Assembly: GCA_964498135.1 (NCBI GenBank)
Contig: CAZCGG010000001.1
Span: 3,371-67,370, forward strand
DNA from: an uncultured Candidatus Moduliflexus sp.
GTDB taxonomy: Bacteria; Moduliflexota; Moduliflexia; Moduliflexales; Moduliflexaceae
Direction of reading: 5' to 3'
Length of the DNA: 64,000 nucleotides
Part shown: positions 45,632 to 54,688 of the stretch, one piece after another
How the letters are laid out: every line of letters begins with the position of its first letter
Position numbering within the stretch: position 1 is the stretch's first letter
The notes under the pieces: generated by a model
Told to the model about the DNA's origin: nothing
The model's database searches: none
Seen by the model: the letters and a program-made list of their open reading frames with translations, nothing else
Program-made: the position numbers and the translations under genes

Positions 45632-45717
45632 CTCTCTTAGACCAGAAACAGCAGGTAGTCATACGGCCTTGGCGCATCAAACGCGCCATCAACCTCCTGC
45701 CTCCTGTTCCGCCTCAA

Positions 45718-46143
45718 TTAATCAATGATTTCAATCCCCATGCTTCGCGCAGTTCCTTCGACGGTACGAATTGCCATCTCTAACGTCCTCGCATTCAAAT
45801 CCGGCATTTTTGTCGCCGCAATTTCCTGCACTTGGGTACGAGAGACTTTCCCTACTTTATTCCGATTCGGTTCGCCAGAGCCTCTAGCAACTCCTGCCGC
45901 TCGCTTTAATAACACCGCAGCGGGCGGCGTTTTCGTCACGAACGTAAATGTGCGATCAGAATAGACCGTGATCACAACCGGAATAATCAACCCTTCCTGC
46001 CCCTGCGTTCGCGCATTAAAGGTTTTGCAGAACTCCATGATATTCACCCCATGCTGGCCGAGTGCCGGCCCAACCGGAGGCGACGGATTTGCTTGCCCGG
46101 CAGGAACTTGTAATTTGACCTGAGCTAAGACTTTCTTTGCCAT
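45718..46143 (-). CDS. rplK: 50S ribosomal protein L11
   Basis: [44 protein letters not shown]... Confidence 0.95.
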   Translation of the reverse strand: MAKKVLAQVKLQVPAGQANPSPPVGPALGQHGVNIMEFCKTFNARTQGQEGLIIPVVITVYSDRTFTFVTKTPPAAVLLKRAAGVARGSGEPNRNKVGKVSRTQVQEIAATKMPDLNARTLEMAIRTVEGTARSMGIEIID

Positions 46144-46224
46144 TTTACGTTTGATTCTTTGATTGTCCGATGCCGATCTACATCGTCGGCTCGCTCCAAT
46201 CAGTCATCATTACCGTTACACGAG

Positions 46225-46947
46225 TTAACTCTCTCCCTTTTCAACCTGTCCGAACTCTAACTCAACAGGCGTTGAACGTCCGAAAATAGTGACCATGACC
46301 TTTAACTTCCCCTGCTCTGGATAAATACTATCAATCACACCAGTGAAGTTACTGAACGGGCCATCAATAATGCGAACGGATTCACCCTGCTCAAAAAGCA
46401 CTTTCGGCTGTGGGCGCTCTGACGTTTCTTTCATCTGCTTTAATATCGCGTCAACTTCCGAATCCAAAAGCGGCGAGGGCTTAGCTCCGCCGACAAATCC
46501 TGAAACTTTCGGCGTATTCCGAATGGCATACCAAACTTCATCGTCAATTTCCATTTTCACAAAAACGTATCCAGGGAAAGATCGTTTTGTAAAAACTTGC
46601 TTCTTCCCGCTCTTAACTTCCATGACGTCTTCGGTCGGGATCAACACTTCGGAAACTCTCGCCGCCAGCCCAAGAGAACGTAATCGCTGCTCTAAATTCT
46701 CTTTTACGACTTTTTCAAATCCAGAATATGTATGTATGACATACCATTTATGTATGTGACTTTTCACTTCCCGCAACGCCTCTTCTCCCAGTGAGTTGCG
46801 TTGCGCTTCAGATAATCCGTCAAACCGCATTGCAACAAAGTCACTTTCTTTCTTTACGCCATCCTCAAAAATAATTTCCGCATTAGGAAAACGCGCCACG
46901 AAATTCTGATATTCTTGCTTCTTGAAATATGCCCACTTCTCTTGCAT
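46225..46947 (-). CDS. nusG: transcription termination/antitermination factor NusG (with ~55-aa N-terminal extension)
   Basis: NGN domain begins KWYVIHTYSGFEKVV...; KOW ...GESVRIIDGPFSNFTGVIDSI...; 18-nt gap to secE supports the long start. Confidence 0.85.
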   Translation of the reverse strand: MQEKWAYFKKQEYQNFVARFPNAEIIFEDGVKKESDFVAMRFDGLSEAQRNSLGEEALREVKSHIHKWYVIHTYSGFEKVVKENLEQRLRSLGLAARVSEVLIPTEDVMEVKSGKKQVFTKRSFPGYVFVKMEIDDEVWYAIRNTPKVSGFVGGAKPSPLLDSEVDAILKQMKETSERPQPKVLFEQGESVRIIDGPFSNFTGVIDSIYPEQGKLKVMVTIFGRSTPVELEFGQVEKGES

Positions 46948-46965
46948 AGCACACTCTCGAACTTA

Positions 46966-47169
46966 TCACATTCCCAATAAGTGAATCAGCCCATATACTG
47001 TTCGAAAAAAGATCACATCAAGAAGCCCCAAAAATAAGCCTGCCGCAATAGAAAGCACAATAACCAACGTTGTTGCGCTGATAATCTCTTTGCGAGTCGG
47101 CCAGGATACCTTCTTTAACTCTAAGCGGGCTTCCTTCAGAAATTCTATTATTTTTTTCATACCGTCCAT
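46966..47169 (-). CDS. secE: preprotein translocase SecE
   Basis: 67 aa, ...KKVSWPTRKEIISATTLVIVLSIAAGLFLGLLD... single TM. Confidence 0.85.
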   Translation of the reverse strand: MDGMKKIIEFLKEARLELKKVSWPTRKEIISATTLVIVLSIAAGLFLGLLDVIFFRTVYGLIHLLGM

Positions 47170-47216
47170 TCCGTTCGAACTTTCGACTCCACTCGTATAT
47201 CGCAGGAGAAAAAAAA

Positions 47217-47290
47217 CAGACCAGGAGGGACTCGAACCCCCAACCCCCGGATTTGGAGTCCGGAGCTCTATCCATTTGAGCTACTGGTCT
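47217..47290 (-). tRNA. tRNA-Trp (anticodon CCA)
   Basis: cloverleaf AGACCAG/CTGGTCT acceptor, anticodon loop CTCCAAA, discriminator G, no encoded CCA. Confidence 0.9.
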
Positions 47291-47319
47291 GTATATTTTT
47301 CACGAAAATCACACACTGC

Positions 47320-47469
47320 CTACTTTGTCTCGCGGTGAAGCGTATGTTTTCGATCAAACTTGCAATACTTTTTTAACTCGAGCTTTTTAGGTGTCCGCTT
47401 TTTATTTTTAGTCGTCGTATAATTACGACGTTTGCATTCCGTGCATGCTAATGTAATAATCTCGCGCAT
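47320..47469 (-). CDS. rpmG: 50S ribosomal protein L33
   Basis: [49 protein letters not shown]. Confidence 0.9.
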   Translation of the reverse strand: MREIITLACTECKRRNYTTTKNKKRTPKKLELKKYCKFDRKHTLHRETK

Positions 47470-47539
47470 AGCGGATAGACAAATAGTAGTTGTCGGCAGA
47501 CACATTACATATCAGCCGACAACTATAATATATGCCTGA

Positions 47540-48748
47540 TTACTCGGTAATTTCAGCCACGACTCCTGCGCCAACCGTCCGGCCACCTTCCCGGATCGCA
47601 AACCGCAAGCCTTTTTCCATGGCGATAGGCGTAATCAACTCTGCCGTAATAGAGACATTATCTCCCGGCATAACCATTTCAACTCCCTGCGGCAAATTCA
47701 AGGAGCCAGTCACATCCGTTGTGCGGAAATAGAACTGCGGACGATAGCCATTAAAGAACGGCGTATGACGTCCACCTTCTTCCTTGGACAGAACATACAC
47801 TTCTCCGCTGAATTTTGTATGCGGAAGAATGCTCTTCGGCTGCGCCAAAACTTGCCCGCGCTCAACGTCTTCGCGCTTCACGCCGCGCAATAACACGCCG
47901 ATGTTATCGCCAGCCTGCGCTTCATCCATCAGTTTGCGAAACATTTCTACGCCCGTCGCTACCGTCTTGCGCGTTTCGCGGAAGCCAACAATTTCCACTT
48001 CATCGCCGACTCTGACTTTACCACGCTCAACGCGTCCAGTTGCCACAGTACCACGCCCAGAAATGCTAAACACATCTTCCACCGGCATCAAGAACGGCTT
48101 ATCAATTTCGCGCTGCGGTTCAGGAACAGATTCGTCAATTGCCTTCATCAGTTCTAAAATACACTTGGCATCAGAACTATCCGGATCAGTACACTGCAAC
48201 GCCTTCAAGGCCGACCCACGAATCACCGGCAAATCATCTCCCGGAAATTCATATTTATTCAACAAATCGCGAACTTCCATTTCAACAAGGTCTAACAGTT
48301 CCTGATCGTCAACTTTATCCACTTTGTTCATAAACACGACAATATAAGGCACATTCACCTGCCTCGCCAATAAAACGTGTTCACGAGTCTGCGGCATCGG
48401 GCCGTCTTCCGCGCTCACAACAAGAATTGCGCCATCCATTTGCGCCGCGCCAGTGATCATGTTCTTCACATAATCCGCGTGGCCTGGGCAATCTACGTGC
48501 GCATAATGCCTCTTTTCAGTTTCATATTCAACGTGCGCCGTTGCAATCGTCAAAATTTTTGAATCATCGCGGCGGCCTTGCGATTCAGATGCCTTTGCAA
48601 CTTCATCATAAGGAACATACCGGGATAAGCCTTTTAAAGAAGCAACCTTGGTGATTGCGGCGGATAATGTCGTTTTGCCATGATCAACGTGACCAATCGT
48701 TCCTACATTTACATGCGGCTTCGTCCGCTCAAACTTTGCTTTTGCCAT
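47540..48748 (-). CDS. tuf: elongation factor Tu
   Basis: [28 protein letters not shown]... Confidence 0.97.
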   Translation of the reverse strand: MAKAKFERTKPHVNVGTIGHVDHGKTTLSAAITKVASLKGLSRYVPYDEVAKASESQGRRDDSKILTIATAHVEYETEKRHYAHVDCPGHADYVKNMITGAAQMDGAILVVSAEDGPMPQTREHVLLARQVNVPYIVVFMNKVDKVDDQELLDLVEMEVRDLLNKYEFPGDDLPVIRGSALKALQCTDPDSSDAKCILELMKAIDESVPEPQREIDKPFLMPVEDVFSISGRGTVATGRVERGKVRVGDEVEIVGFRETRKTVATGVEMFRKLMDEAQAGDNIGVLLRGVKREDVERGQVLAQPKSILPHTKFSGEVYVLSKEEGGRHTPFFNGYRPQFYFRTTDVTGSLNLPQGVEMVMPGDNVSITAELITPIAMEKGLRFAIREGGRTVGAGVVAEITE

Positions 48749-48816
48749 TACAGAACCCCCTCCATTTATAGCGCATCAACTTGTACGTAATTACCAACAT
48801 TTCCAGACAACAATAA

Positions 48817-48889
48817 AGCCCACGACCGGACTTGAACCGGTGACCACTTGCTTACCATGCAAGTGCTCTACCGTCTGAGCTACGTGGGC
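48817..48889 (-). tRNA. tRNA-Thr (anticodon GGT)
   Basis: acceptor GCCCACG/CGTGGGC, anticodon loop ATGGTAA, T-loop TTCAAGT. Confidence 0.9.
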
Positions 48890-48994
48890 AACACACAAGC
48901 CCTCCCCGCCTTTTTACGCGCCCTCATACAACCATCTTGAAATTGAGTATGAGTTAAGAATCCAGACCGCTGGAGGAAAATAGGAGCAATAAAA

Positions 48995-49071
48995 TGGAGC
49001 GGGAAACGGGGTTCGAACCCGCGACCCTCAGCTTGGAAGGCTGATGCTCTAACCGACTGAGCTACTCCCGC
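48995..49071 (-). tRNA. tRNA-Gly (anticodon TCC), 3' CCA encoded
   Basis: acceptor GCGGGAG/TTCCCGC, anticodon loop CTTCCAA, T-loop TTCGAAC, genomic TCCA after stem. Confidence 0.9.
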
Positions 49072-49181
49072 AAAAACCCGTTTTATTACTTCCTTGGATG
49101 GATACATGCAATTGAGGCTGCAACAGAAACAGATTCTTGCGCGAAACGCAAAAATCTTTATCACCATGACACCCTTTAAAA

Positions 49182-49264
49182 TGGGGAGAGAAGGATTCGA
49201 ACCTTCGAAGGACTCCGCCAACAGATTTACAGTCTGCCCCCTTTAGCCACTTGGGTATCTCCCC
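49182..49264 (-). tRNA. tRNA-Tyr (anticodon GTA), class II long variable arm
   Basis: acceptor GGGGAGA/TCTCCCC, anticodon loop CTGTAAA, long variable arm TGGCGGAGTCCTTCGAAGG. Confidence 0.9.
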
Positions 49265-49286
49265 AACAATCCAATTGCACGCACAA

Positions 49287-49358
49287 AGCTGGCGAAGGGA
49301 TTTGAACCCCCGACCGGCTGATTACAAATCAGCTGCTCTACCCCTGAGCTACACCAGC
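49287..49358 (-). tRNA. tRNA-Thr (anticodon TGT)
   Basis: acceptor GCTGGTG/CGCCAGC, anticodon stem-loop GCTGA-TTTGTAA-TCAGC. Confidence 0.9.
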
Positions 49359-49380
49359 CTGACTGCTGAAAACCTATCCT

Positions 49381-49410
49381 AAATTTTTACATGAAATAGT
49401 CAAGCAAAAA
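49381..49410 (-). promoter_or_regulatory. candidate sigma70 promoter for tRNA-tuf operon
   Basis: minus strand TTGACT-N16-TAGGAT about 25 nt upstream of tRNA-Thr(TGT) 5' end. Confidence 0.3.
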
Positions 49411-49605
49411 CTTCTCTTTATTACATTGCAATGAATTTGCTCGAAAAGAACAGTATTCCTTCAAAAAAATTCTCTCGGAAATGTCAAGATTTTTTTGTAT
49501 AAAAATCAAAAAACCTCTTACTGCACAGACAGTTCTCGTCCTCGCTATTCGCCCATCTGGATGCATCAAAATTGCCGAAAAAACACGCATCTCCCATAGA
49601 ACGGT

Positions 49606-51483
49606 CTAATTTTCCGCAAGCGGCAGGCGAATGTTAAAAATCGTTTTTTCCGCGCTGGCGCACGTGATGATGCCTTGATGCGCCTCAATGATATGCTGGC
49701 AGATGGACAGGCCGAGTCCGGTATTTTTCTTGCCGAGTTTCGTGCTGAAAAATGGATCAAAAATTTTATCCATGACTTCCGGCGGAATGCCCGATCCGTT
49801 ATCCGTCACCGCCAATTCGACATAACCTTCTTCATGTCGCGCATTCAGGGCAATCTCAATCGTTCCCGCTTCCGCAACCGCATCAATGCTGTTGACGACA
49901 AGGTTCATAATCACTTGCTTGAGTTGATTTTCATCCCCGATAATCGGCGCGTCATCGGCATTCTGCGTTCGTAGCAGCGCGATCTGCTTTTCTTTGAGCT
50001 TATGATTGAGCAGCAACAGCGTTTCATCCAACACCGCCGCCAAATTCACGCGCTTCATCGGCAGTGTTTTCCGCCGCGAAAACGACAGCAGACTTTCGAC
50101 AATCCCGCTGATGCGCTGAAGCTCGTCTTCGACTTTGCTCAATTTCTGCTGGCTGTCGTCATCTATCGCGGGTTTGCGCTTCAGTAGCGTGATGTAATTT
50201 TGAATAATGCCTAACGGATTGTTGATTTCGTGCGCAACCCCCGCCGCCACTTCCGCGACGGACGCGATTTTTTGCACGCGCAACAGATATTCATTAAAAT
50301 AGCGTTCCTGCGATACGTCGGCGATAATAATAATCGTGCCGAGAAATTTATAATCCTCGTCTTTGAACGGAAAAATTTGGATTTTCAGGATTTTTTCTTG
50401 TCCATATTTCACGTCATCCCACGCTTCTTCTTCCTGCCGGGAAATTTTTTCCAGAATTTCCGCCGCGTGTTCAATGGAATTGGCGGGGAAAATGGACTGC
50501 ACGCCCTGCCGAAGCATCGCCTGCTCATCAAGGCCGAGAATCCGCGCCGCCGCGTAATTGGCAAGATATACGACCTGCTCAGGATCGAGAATAATCACGC
50601 CTTCCGGCAGATTTTTAATGATATTTTCATTATATTTTTTCAGCAGATACAGTTCCCGGTTGTCGCTTTCCAACTCCTCGCGGCTCATGACAAAGGAATA
50701 GGTCAGCTTAATCAATTTCACTCGGTCGAGATCGCGGACTTCCTCCGTCCCGCGCAAATAGCCGTTATGCAGGATCGTCACGCGGTCGGCAAAGCGAAAA
50801 ATTTCGTCCATGTCGTGCGAAATGTAAATCACGCTTTTGCCCTGTTCTTTCCATTGAAACAGCAGTCGGTAAATGATTTCCATTTCTTCCGGCGTGAACT
50901 TGTTAGCGATTTCATCAAAAATCAACACGTTCGGATCAATGGAAAGCACTTTTGCCAATTCCACGACATGCTGCGCCGCTTCGGAGAGCATTTTAAGCGG
51001 AATGTTCAACGGAATTTCAACGCCAATCAGCGCGAAAATTTCTTTCGCCCGCGCCGCCATTTGACGATCTTTCAGCCAGCCCCAGCCATTCGCAATATCT
51101 CGCCCAGTGAAAATATTTTCCACGGCGGTCATGGTTGGAATAAGCTGGCTTTCTTGATACATCACGCCGATTTTATGCTTGAGAGCTAATTTCGGGGTAA
51201 AATATTCGAATTTCTGGCCGTCGAACCAGATGTCGCCGCGCGCTTTGCGCACCGCGCCGCTCAGCAGCTTGACTAACGTTGATTTTCCGGCGCGGTGTTC
51301 GCCGACCAATCCATGAATTTCGCCGCGATACAGGTCAAAATCCACCCCTTTCAGGATGTGATATTCCCCGTAATATGCATGAATATTTTTCATGGACAAC
51401 AGAGGCGTGTCGCGTTCGTTTTTTTCCATTTGGATATTGAGAAACTCTATTTCTGTGAGAAACTGAATTTCTCCGCGCCGCAA
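49606..51483 (-). CDS. sensor histidine kinase with N-terminal ABC-transporter-type ATPase (NBD) domain: NBD-PAS-HisKA-HATPase_c fusion
   Basis: N-terminal ~240 aa resemble RbsA/MglA NBD1: Walker A GEHRAGKST, Q-loop MYQESQL, signature LSEAAQHVVELAKVL, Walker B LIFDE, H-loop YISHDM. Then PAS, HisKA H-box AHEINNPLG, and N/G1/G2 boxes (NLVVNSIDA, DNGSGI, GLGLSIC). TTG start 7 nt after regulator stop (alternative ATG 51429). Confidence 0.8.
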   Translation of the reverse strand: MRRGEIQFLTEIEFLNIQMEKNERDTPLLSMKNIHAYYGEYHILKGVDFDLYRGEIHGLVGEHRAGKSTLVKLLSGAVRKARGDIWFDGQKFEYFTPKLALKHKIGVMYQESQLIPTMTAVENIFTGRDIANGWGWLKDRQMAARAKEIFALIGVEIPLNIPLKMLSEAAQHVVELAKVLSIDPNVLIFDEIANKFTPEEMEIIYRLLFQWKEQGKSVIYISHDMDEIFRFADRVTILHNGYLRGTEEVRDLDRVKLIKLTYSFVMSREELESDNRELYLLKKYNENIIKNLPEGVIILDPEQVVYLANYAAARILGLDEQAMLRQGVQSIFPANSIEHAAEILEKISRQEEEAWDDVKYGQEKILKIQIFPFKDEDYKFLGTIIIIADVSQERYFNEYLLRVQKIASVAEVAAGVAHEINNPLGIIQNYITLLKRKPAIDDDSQQKLSKVEDELQRISGIVESLLSFSRRKTLPMKRVNLAAVLDETLLLLNHKLKEKQIALLRTQNADDAPIIGDENQLKQVIMNLVVNSIDAVAEAGTIEIALNARHEEGYVELAVTDNGSGIPPEVMDKIFDPFFSTKLGKKNTGLGLSICQHIIEAHQGIITCASAEKTIFNIRLPLAEN

Positions 51484-51490
51484 GGCAAAA

Positions 51491-52810
51491 CTATATCCCT
51501 AATTTTTTCATGCGGTTATAAAGCGTTCTCCGGCTGATATTCAGCAAATCCGCCGCCTTCTGCTTCACGCCGCCGCTGCGCCCAAGCGCGTCAAGAATAA
51601 TCTCGCGGTTCAGGCTTTCAAACACTTCCTCATAGCTGCTCGTCGCCGCCCGTTGAATCAATTCCGTGTATTGCGTCGCCAAATCGTCAAGCTCAATCAT
51701 CGGATGCTCGCAGAAAATAATCGCCCGCTCCACGCAATTTTTGAGTTCACGGACATTGCCCGGCCATTGGTGCGAATGAAAAAATCGCCGCACGTCGTCT
51801 GACATGCCCTGAATCTGCTTCTGATACACCTCATTGTAATGCTTGATGAAATACTCCGCGAGCAGCAGCGCGTCGTCCTGCCGCTCGCGCAAGGGCGGCA
51901 AGTGCATCGTCACGACGGACAGCCGATAATACAGGTCATCGCGGAACGTCTGCTCTTCAATCATTTTTTGCAACGGCTTATTTGTGGCGGCGATAATCCG
52001 AATATCGGCTTTCAGCGTTTTCGAGCCGCCCACGCGCTCAAATTCCCGCTCTTGAATCACGCGCAGAATTTTGGCCTGCGTCCGCAAGCTCATGTCGCCG
52101 ATTTCATCGAGAAAAATCGTGCCGTTGTCCGCCAACTCGAATCGCCCCTTGCGCTCTTTGACCGCGCCGGTGAACGCCCCGCGCTCGTGGCCGAAGAGTT
52201 CGCTTTCCAGCAATTCTTCGGGCAACGCCGCGCAATTCACCTTGACGAACGGCTGCGCGGCGCGGCGGCTGAGGTGGTGAATGGAATTCGCCACCATCTC
52301 TTTGCCCGTGCCGCTTTCCCCCGTAATTAAGACCGGCGCGGGCGTCGGCGCGACTTTCTCAATCGTGTGGAGAATTTTCTGCATGGACGGATCCGCCGTC
52401 ACAATCTGATGCGCGCCGGTCGGCTTGGCTTGGCGTTTCCGCTCATCTCTGACCGCCAATTCGCGGATTTCCCGCACAAGTTCCTCAAATTTAATCGGCT
52501 TGGGATAGACGTTCACCGCCCCGTATTTCATGGCGCATACCGCGTCTTCAATCGTCGGATAGCCCGTAATCATAATGACAGGGAGGGCGCGCTGCTGCTG
52601 CTTAATCGTTTTCAGCAACTCGATGCCGCCGATGCCGGGCATGCGAATATCCATGATGAGCAGGTCAATCGCATGTTGCTGAAGCAGGCGAGATGCGTCA
52701 AGCGGATCTGTCGAGTATTCCACTGCATATCCTTCAGCGCGCAGCAATTCCGAGAGGGACAGGCACATTTCAACTTCATCGTCAATCAGCAGGATCGTAT
52801 AGGGCGTCAT
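51491..52810 (-). CDS. sigma54-dependent Fis-family response regulator (REC, AAA+ sigma54-activator, HTH)
   Basis: [11 protein letters not shown]...[16 protein letters not shown]; GESGTGKE Walker A; GAFTGA motif ([19 protein letters not shown]); C-terminal [25 protein letters not shown]. Confidence 0.9.
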   Translation of the reverse strand: MTPYTILLIDDEVEMCLSLSELLRAEGYAVEYSTDPLDASRLLQQHAIDLLIMDIRMPGIGGIELLKTIKQQQRALPVIMITGYPTIEDAVCAMKYGAVNVYPKPIKFEELVREIRELAVRDERKRQAKPTGAHQIVTADPSMQKILHTIEKVAPTPAPVLITGESGTGKEMVANSIHHLSRRAAQPFVKVNCAALPEELLESELFGHERGAFTGAVKERKGRFELADNGTIFLDEIGDMSLRTQAKILRVIQEREFERVGGSKTLKADIRIIAATNKPLQKMIEEQTFRDDLYYRLSVVTMHLPPLRERQDDALLLAEYFIKHYNEVYQKQIQGMSDDVRRFFHSHQWPGNVRELKNCVERAIIFCEHPMIELDDLATQYTELIQRAATSSYEEVFESLNREIILDALGRSGGVKQKAADLLNISRRTLYNRMKKLGI

Positions 52811-52845
52811 GGCAAAAAAACAGCCCGGCGGGGTAAGCCGGGCTG
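52811..52845 (-). terminator. intrinsic terminator/attenuator after hydA, T-tract abuts regulator ATG
   Basis: CAGCCCGGC-GGGGTAA-GCCGGGCTG hairpin (52821-52845), followed on the minus strand by TTTTTTTGCC then ATG (52810). Confidence 0.6.
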
Positions 52846-52861
52846 TCGCGTGTTTCAGATG

Positions 52862-54613
52862 TTAGTCTTTTGTGTACTTCTTCTTCGGAAAATATTCCGT
52901 GTGCAGGAGCTCGTGAGCTTTGTGACTGCCCGGTTTTTCAAAGAACTCCGCATACAGGGTTTTAATGGACGGATTTTCATGCGATTTGCGAATGTCTTTA
53001 TCCGTATCCACCTGATACAACGCTTTTGTGCGCTGCTCGATGACTTCCTTCCGTTCTTCGCTGAACGGCTGACCGCCGCCGTTGATGCATCCGCCGGGGC
53101 AGGCCATGATTTCAATCACGTGATATTTCGATTTCCCTTCGCGGATGTTTTGCAACAGCGTCCGGGCGTTGCCAAGCCCCGAAGCCGCCGCGACATTCAA
53201 CTTTTTGCCGCCGAGGTCAATCGTCGTCTCGCGCACGCCTTGCAGCCCGCGCACGGCGGTAAAATTGACATCCTCCAGCGTTTTGCCGGTCGCCCATTCG
53301 TAGGCGGTGCGCAGCGCCGCTTCCAACACGCCGCCAGTCACGCCGAAAATCGCGCCCGCGCCGGTGGATTCGCCGAGTGGATTGTCGAAATCTTCTTCTT
53401 CGATGTAGCGCAGATCAATGCCGGCTTCCTTGAACATCTTCGCCAGTTCGCGCGTCGTGATCACCGTGTCAACGTCTCGCGCCCCGCTGGAGCAGTGTTC
53501 CGGGCGCGCCGCTTCATATTTCTTCGCCAAGCACGGCATGACGGAAACGACCTTCATTTCGTTCGGGCTGACGCCGATTTTCTGGGCATAGTAGGTTTTC
53601 GCCACCGTGCCGAGCATCTGCTGCGGCGATTTGCACGAAGACGGAATGTGCTTCAAATCCGGGAACTGATATTCGAAGAAATTAATCCACGCCGGGCAGC
53701 ACGACGTCAACACCGGCAGGTTTTCGTTCTTCTCAACTCGATCCAGAATCTCGCGGGCTTCTTCCATAATCGTCAAATCCGCGCCGAAATCGGTATCGAA
53801 CACGGCGTCAAAGCCGAGTTTCCGCAATCCGGCGGCGAGCTTGCGCGTCACCGGCTCGCCGAGCGGCAAACCAAATTCTTCGCCAATCGCGGCGCGAACC
53901 GCCGGGGCAATCTGCACGACGGAATGCTTCGCGTCGAAAATCGCCCGCCATGCCTGCTGCGTGGAATTGATGCCGAACAACGCGCCGGTCGGGCAAACGC
54001 TTACGCATTGGCCGCAATACGTGCAAATCGTGTCTTTCAGCGGCTTCATTTCCGCCGTGCCGACGACTGCCGGGAAACCGCGCCCGAAGCCGGTCAACAC
54101 GCCGACCGTCTGCACTTCGTTGCACATCGTTTCGCATCGGCGGCACATGATGCACTTGTCAGGCTCGCGTTTCAAGGCCATGCTGCTCTCATCATCAGGG
54201 TAGGACGATTGCGCCCCGTTGTACGGGCGCTGATTGATGCCGAATTCATACGCCAGCGCTTGCAATTCGCAATCGGTGGATTTCGGGCAGACTAAGCAAT
54301 CGAACGGGTGATCGGAAAGCAGCAGTTCCAGAATTTTCCGGCGCGACCGCAGCACGCGGCGGGAATTCGTCGTAATCTTCATCCCTTCAAACACCGGCGT
54401 GGCGCACGCGGGCGCAAGATTGCGGCGGCCTTCGACTTCGACCACACAAATTCGGCACGACGCCACCTTGTTGACCATTTTCAATTCTTCAAGATTCAGA
54501 TAGCATAAGGTCGGGATATGGATATGCACCTGTTTGGCGGCGTCCAAAATCGTCGTCCCCTCTTTGACCGCTATCGGCTGTTTGTCAATCGTGATATTTA
54601 CCATGTTTTTCAA
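52862..54613 (-). CDS. hydA: [FeFe]-hydrogenase catalytic subunit HydA (N-terminal 2Fe-2S and 4Fe-4S domains plus H-cluster domain)
   Basis: H-cluster motifs L1 TSCCPAW, L2 MPCLAKKYEA, L3 EIMACPGGCINGGGQ; NuoG-like N-terminus with Cys clusters. Confidence 0.92.
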   Translation of the reverse strand: MKNMVNITIDKQPIAVKEGTTILDAAKQVHIHIPTLCYLNLEELKMVNKVASCRICVVEVEGRRNLAPACATPVFEGMKITTNSRRVLRSRRKILELLLSDHPFDCLVCPKSTDCELQALAYEFGINQRPYNGAQSSYPDDESSMALKREPDKCIMCRRCETMCNEVQTVGVLTGFGRGFPAVVGTAEMKPLKDTICTYCGQCVSVCPTGALFGINSTQQAWRAIFDAKHSVVQIAPAVRAAIGEEFGLPLGEPVTRKLAAGLRKLGFDAVFDTDFGADLTIMEEAREILDRVEKNENLPVLTSCCPAWINFFEYQFPDLKHIPSSCKSPQQMLGTVAKTYYAQKIGVSPNEMKVVSVMPCLAKKYEAARPEHCSSGARDVDTVITTRELAKMFKEAGIDLRYIEEEDFDNPLGESTGAGAIFGVTGGVLEAALRTAYEWATGKTLEDVNFTAVRGLQGVRETTIDLGGKKLNVAAASGLGNARTLLQNIREGKSKYHVIEIMACPGGCINGGGQPFSEERKEVIEQRTKALYQVDTDKDIRKSHENPSIKTLYAEFFEKPGSHKAHELLHTEYFPKKKYTKD

Positions 54614-54688
54614 CGTACCGCATGCGCCCGGCTCGCGGAGAATCGTTCTCCTCCAAACGGGACATGTGCGGGACGATCCGGGCAGTCG

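Noticed and set aside
52367-54295. 642-aa plus-strand ORF (and other long ORFs antisense to hydA/hydB, e.g. 53841..54203, 55235..55732)
   Set aside because: Lies entirely antisense to the well-supported hydA gene; Arg/Ala-rich composition typical of shadow frames in GC-rich coding DNA.
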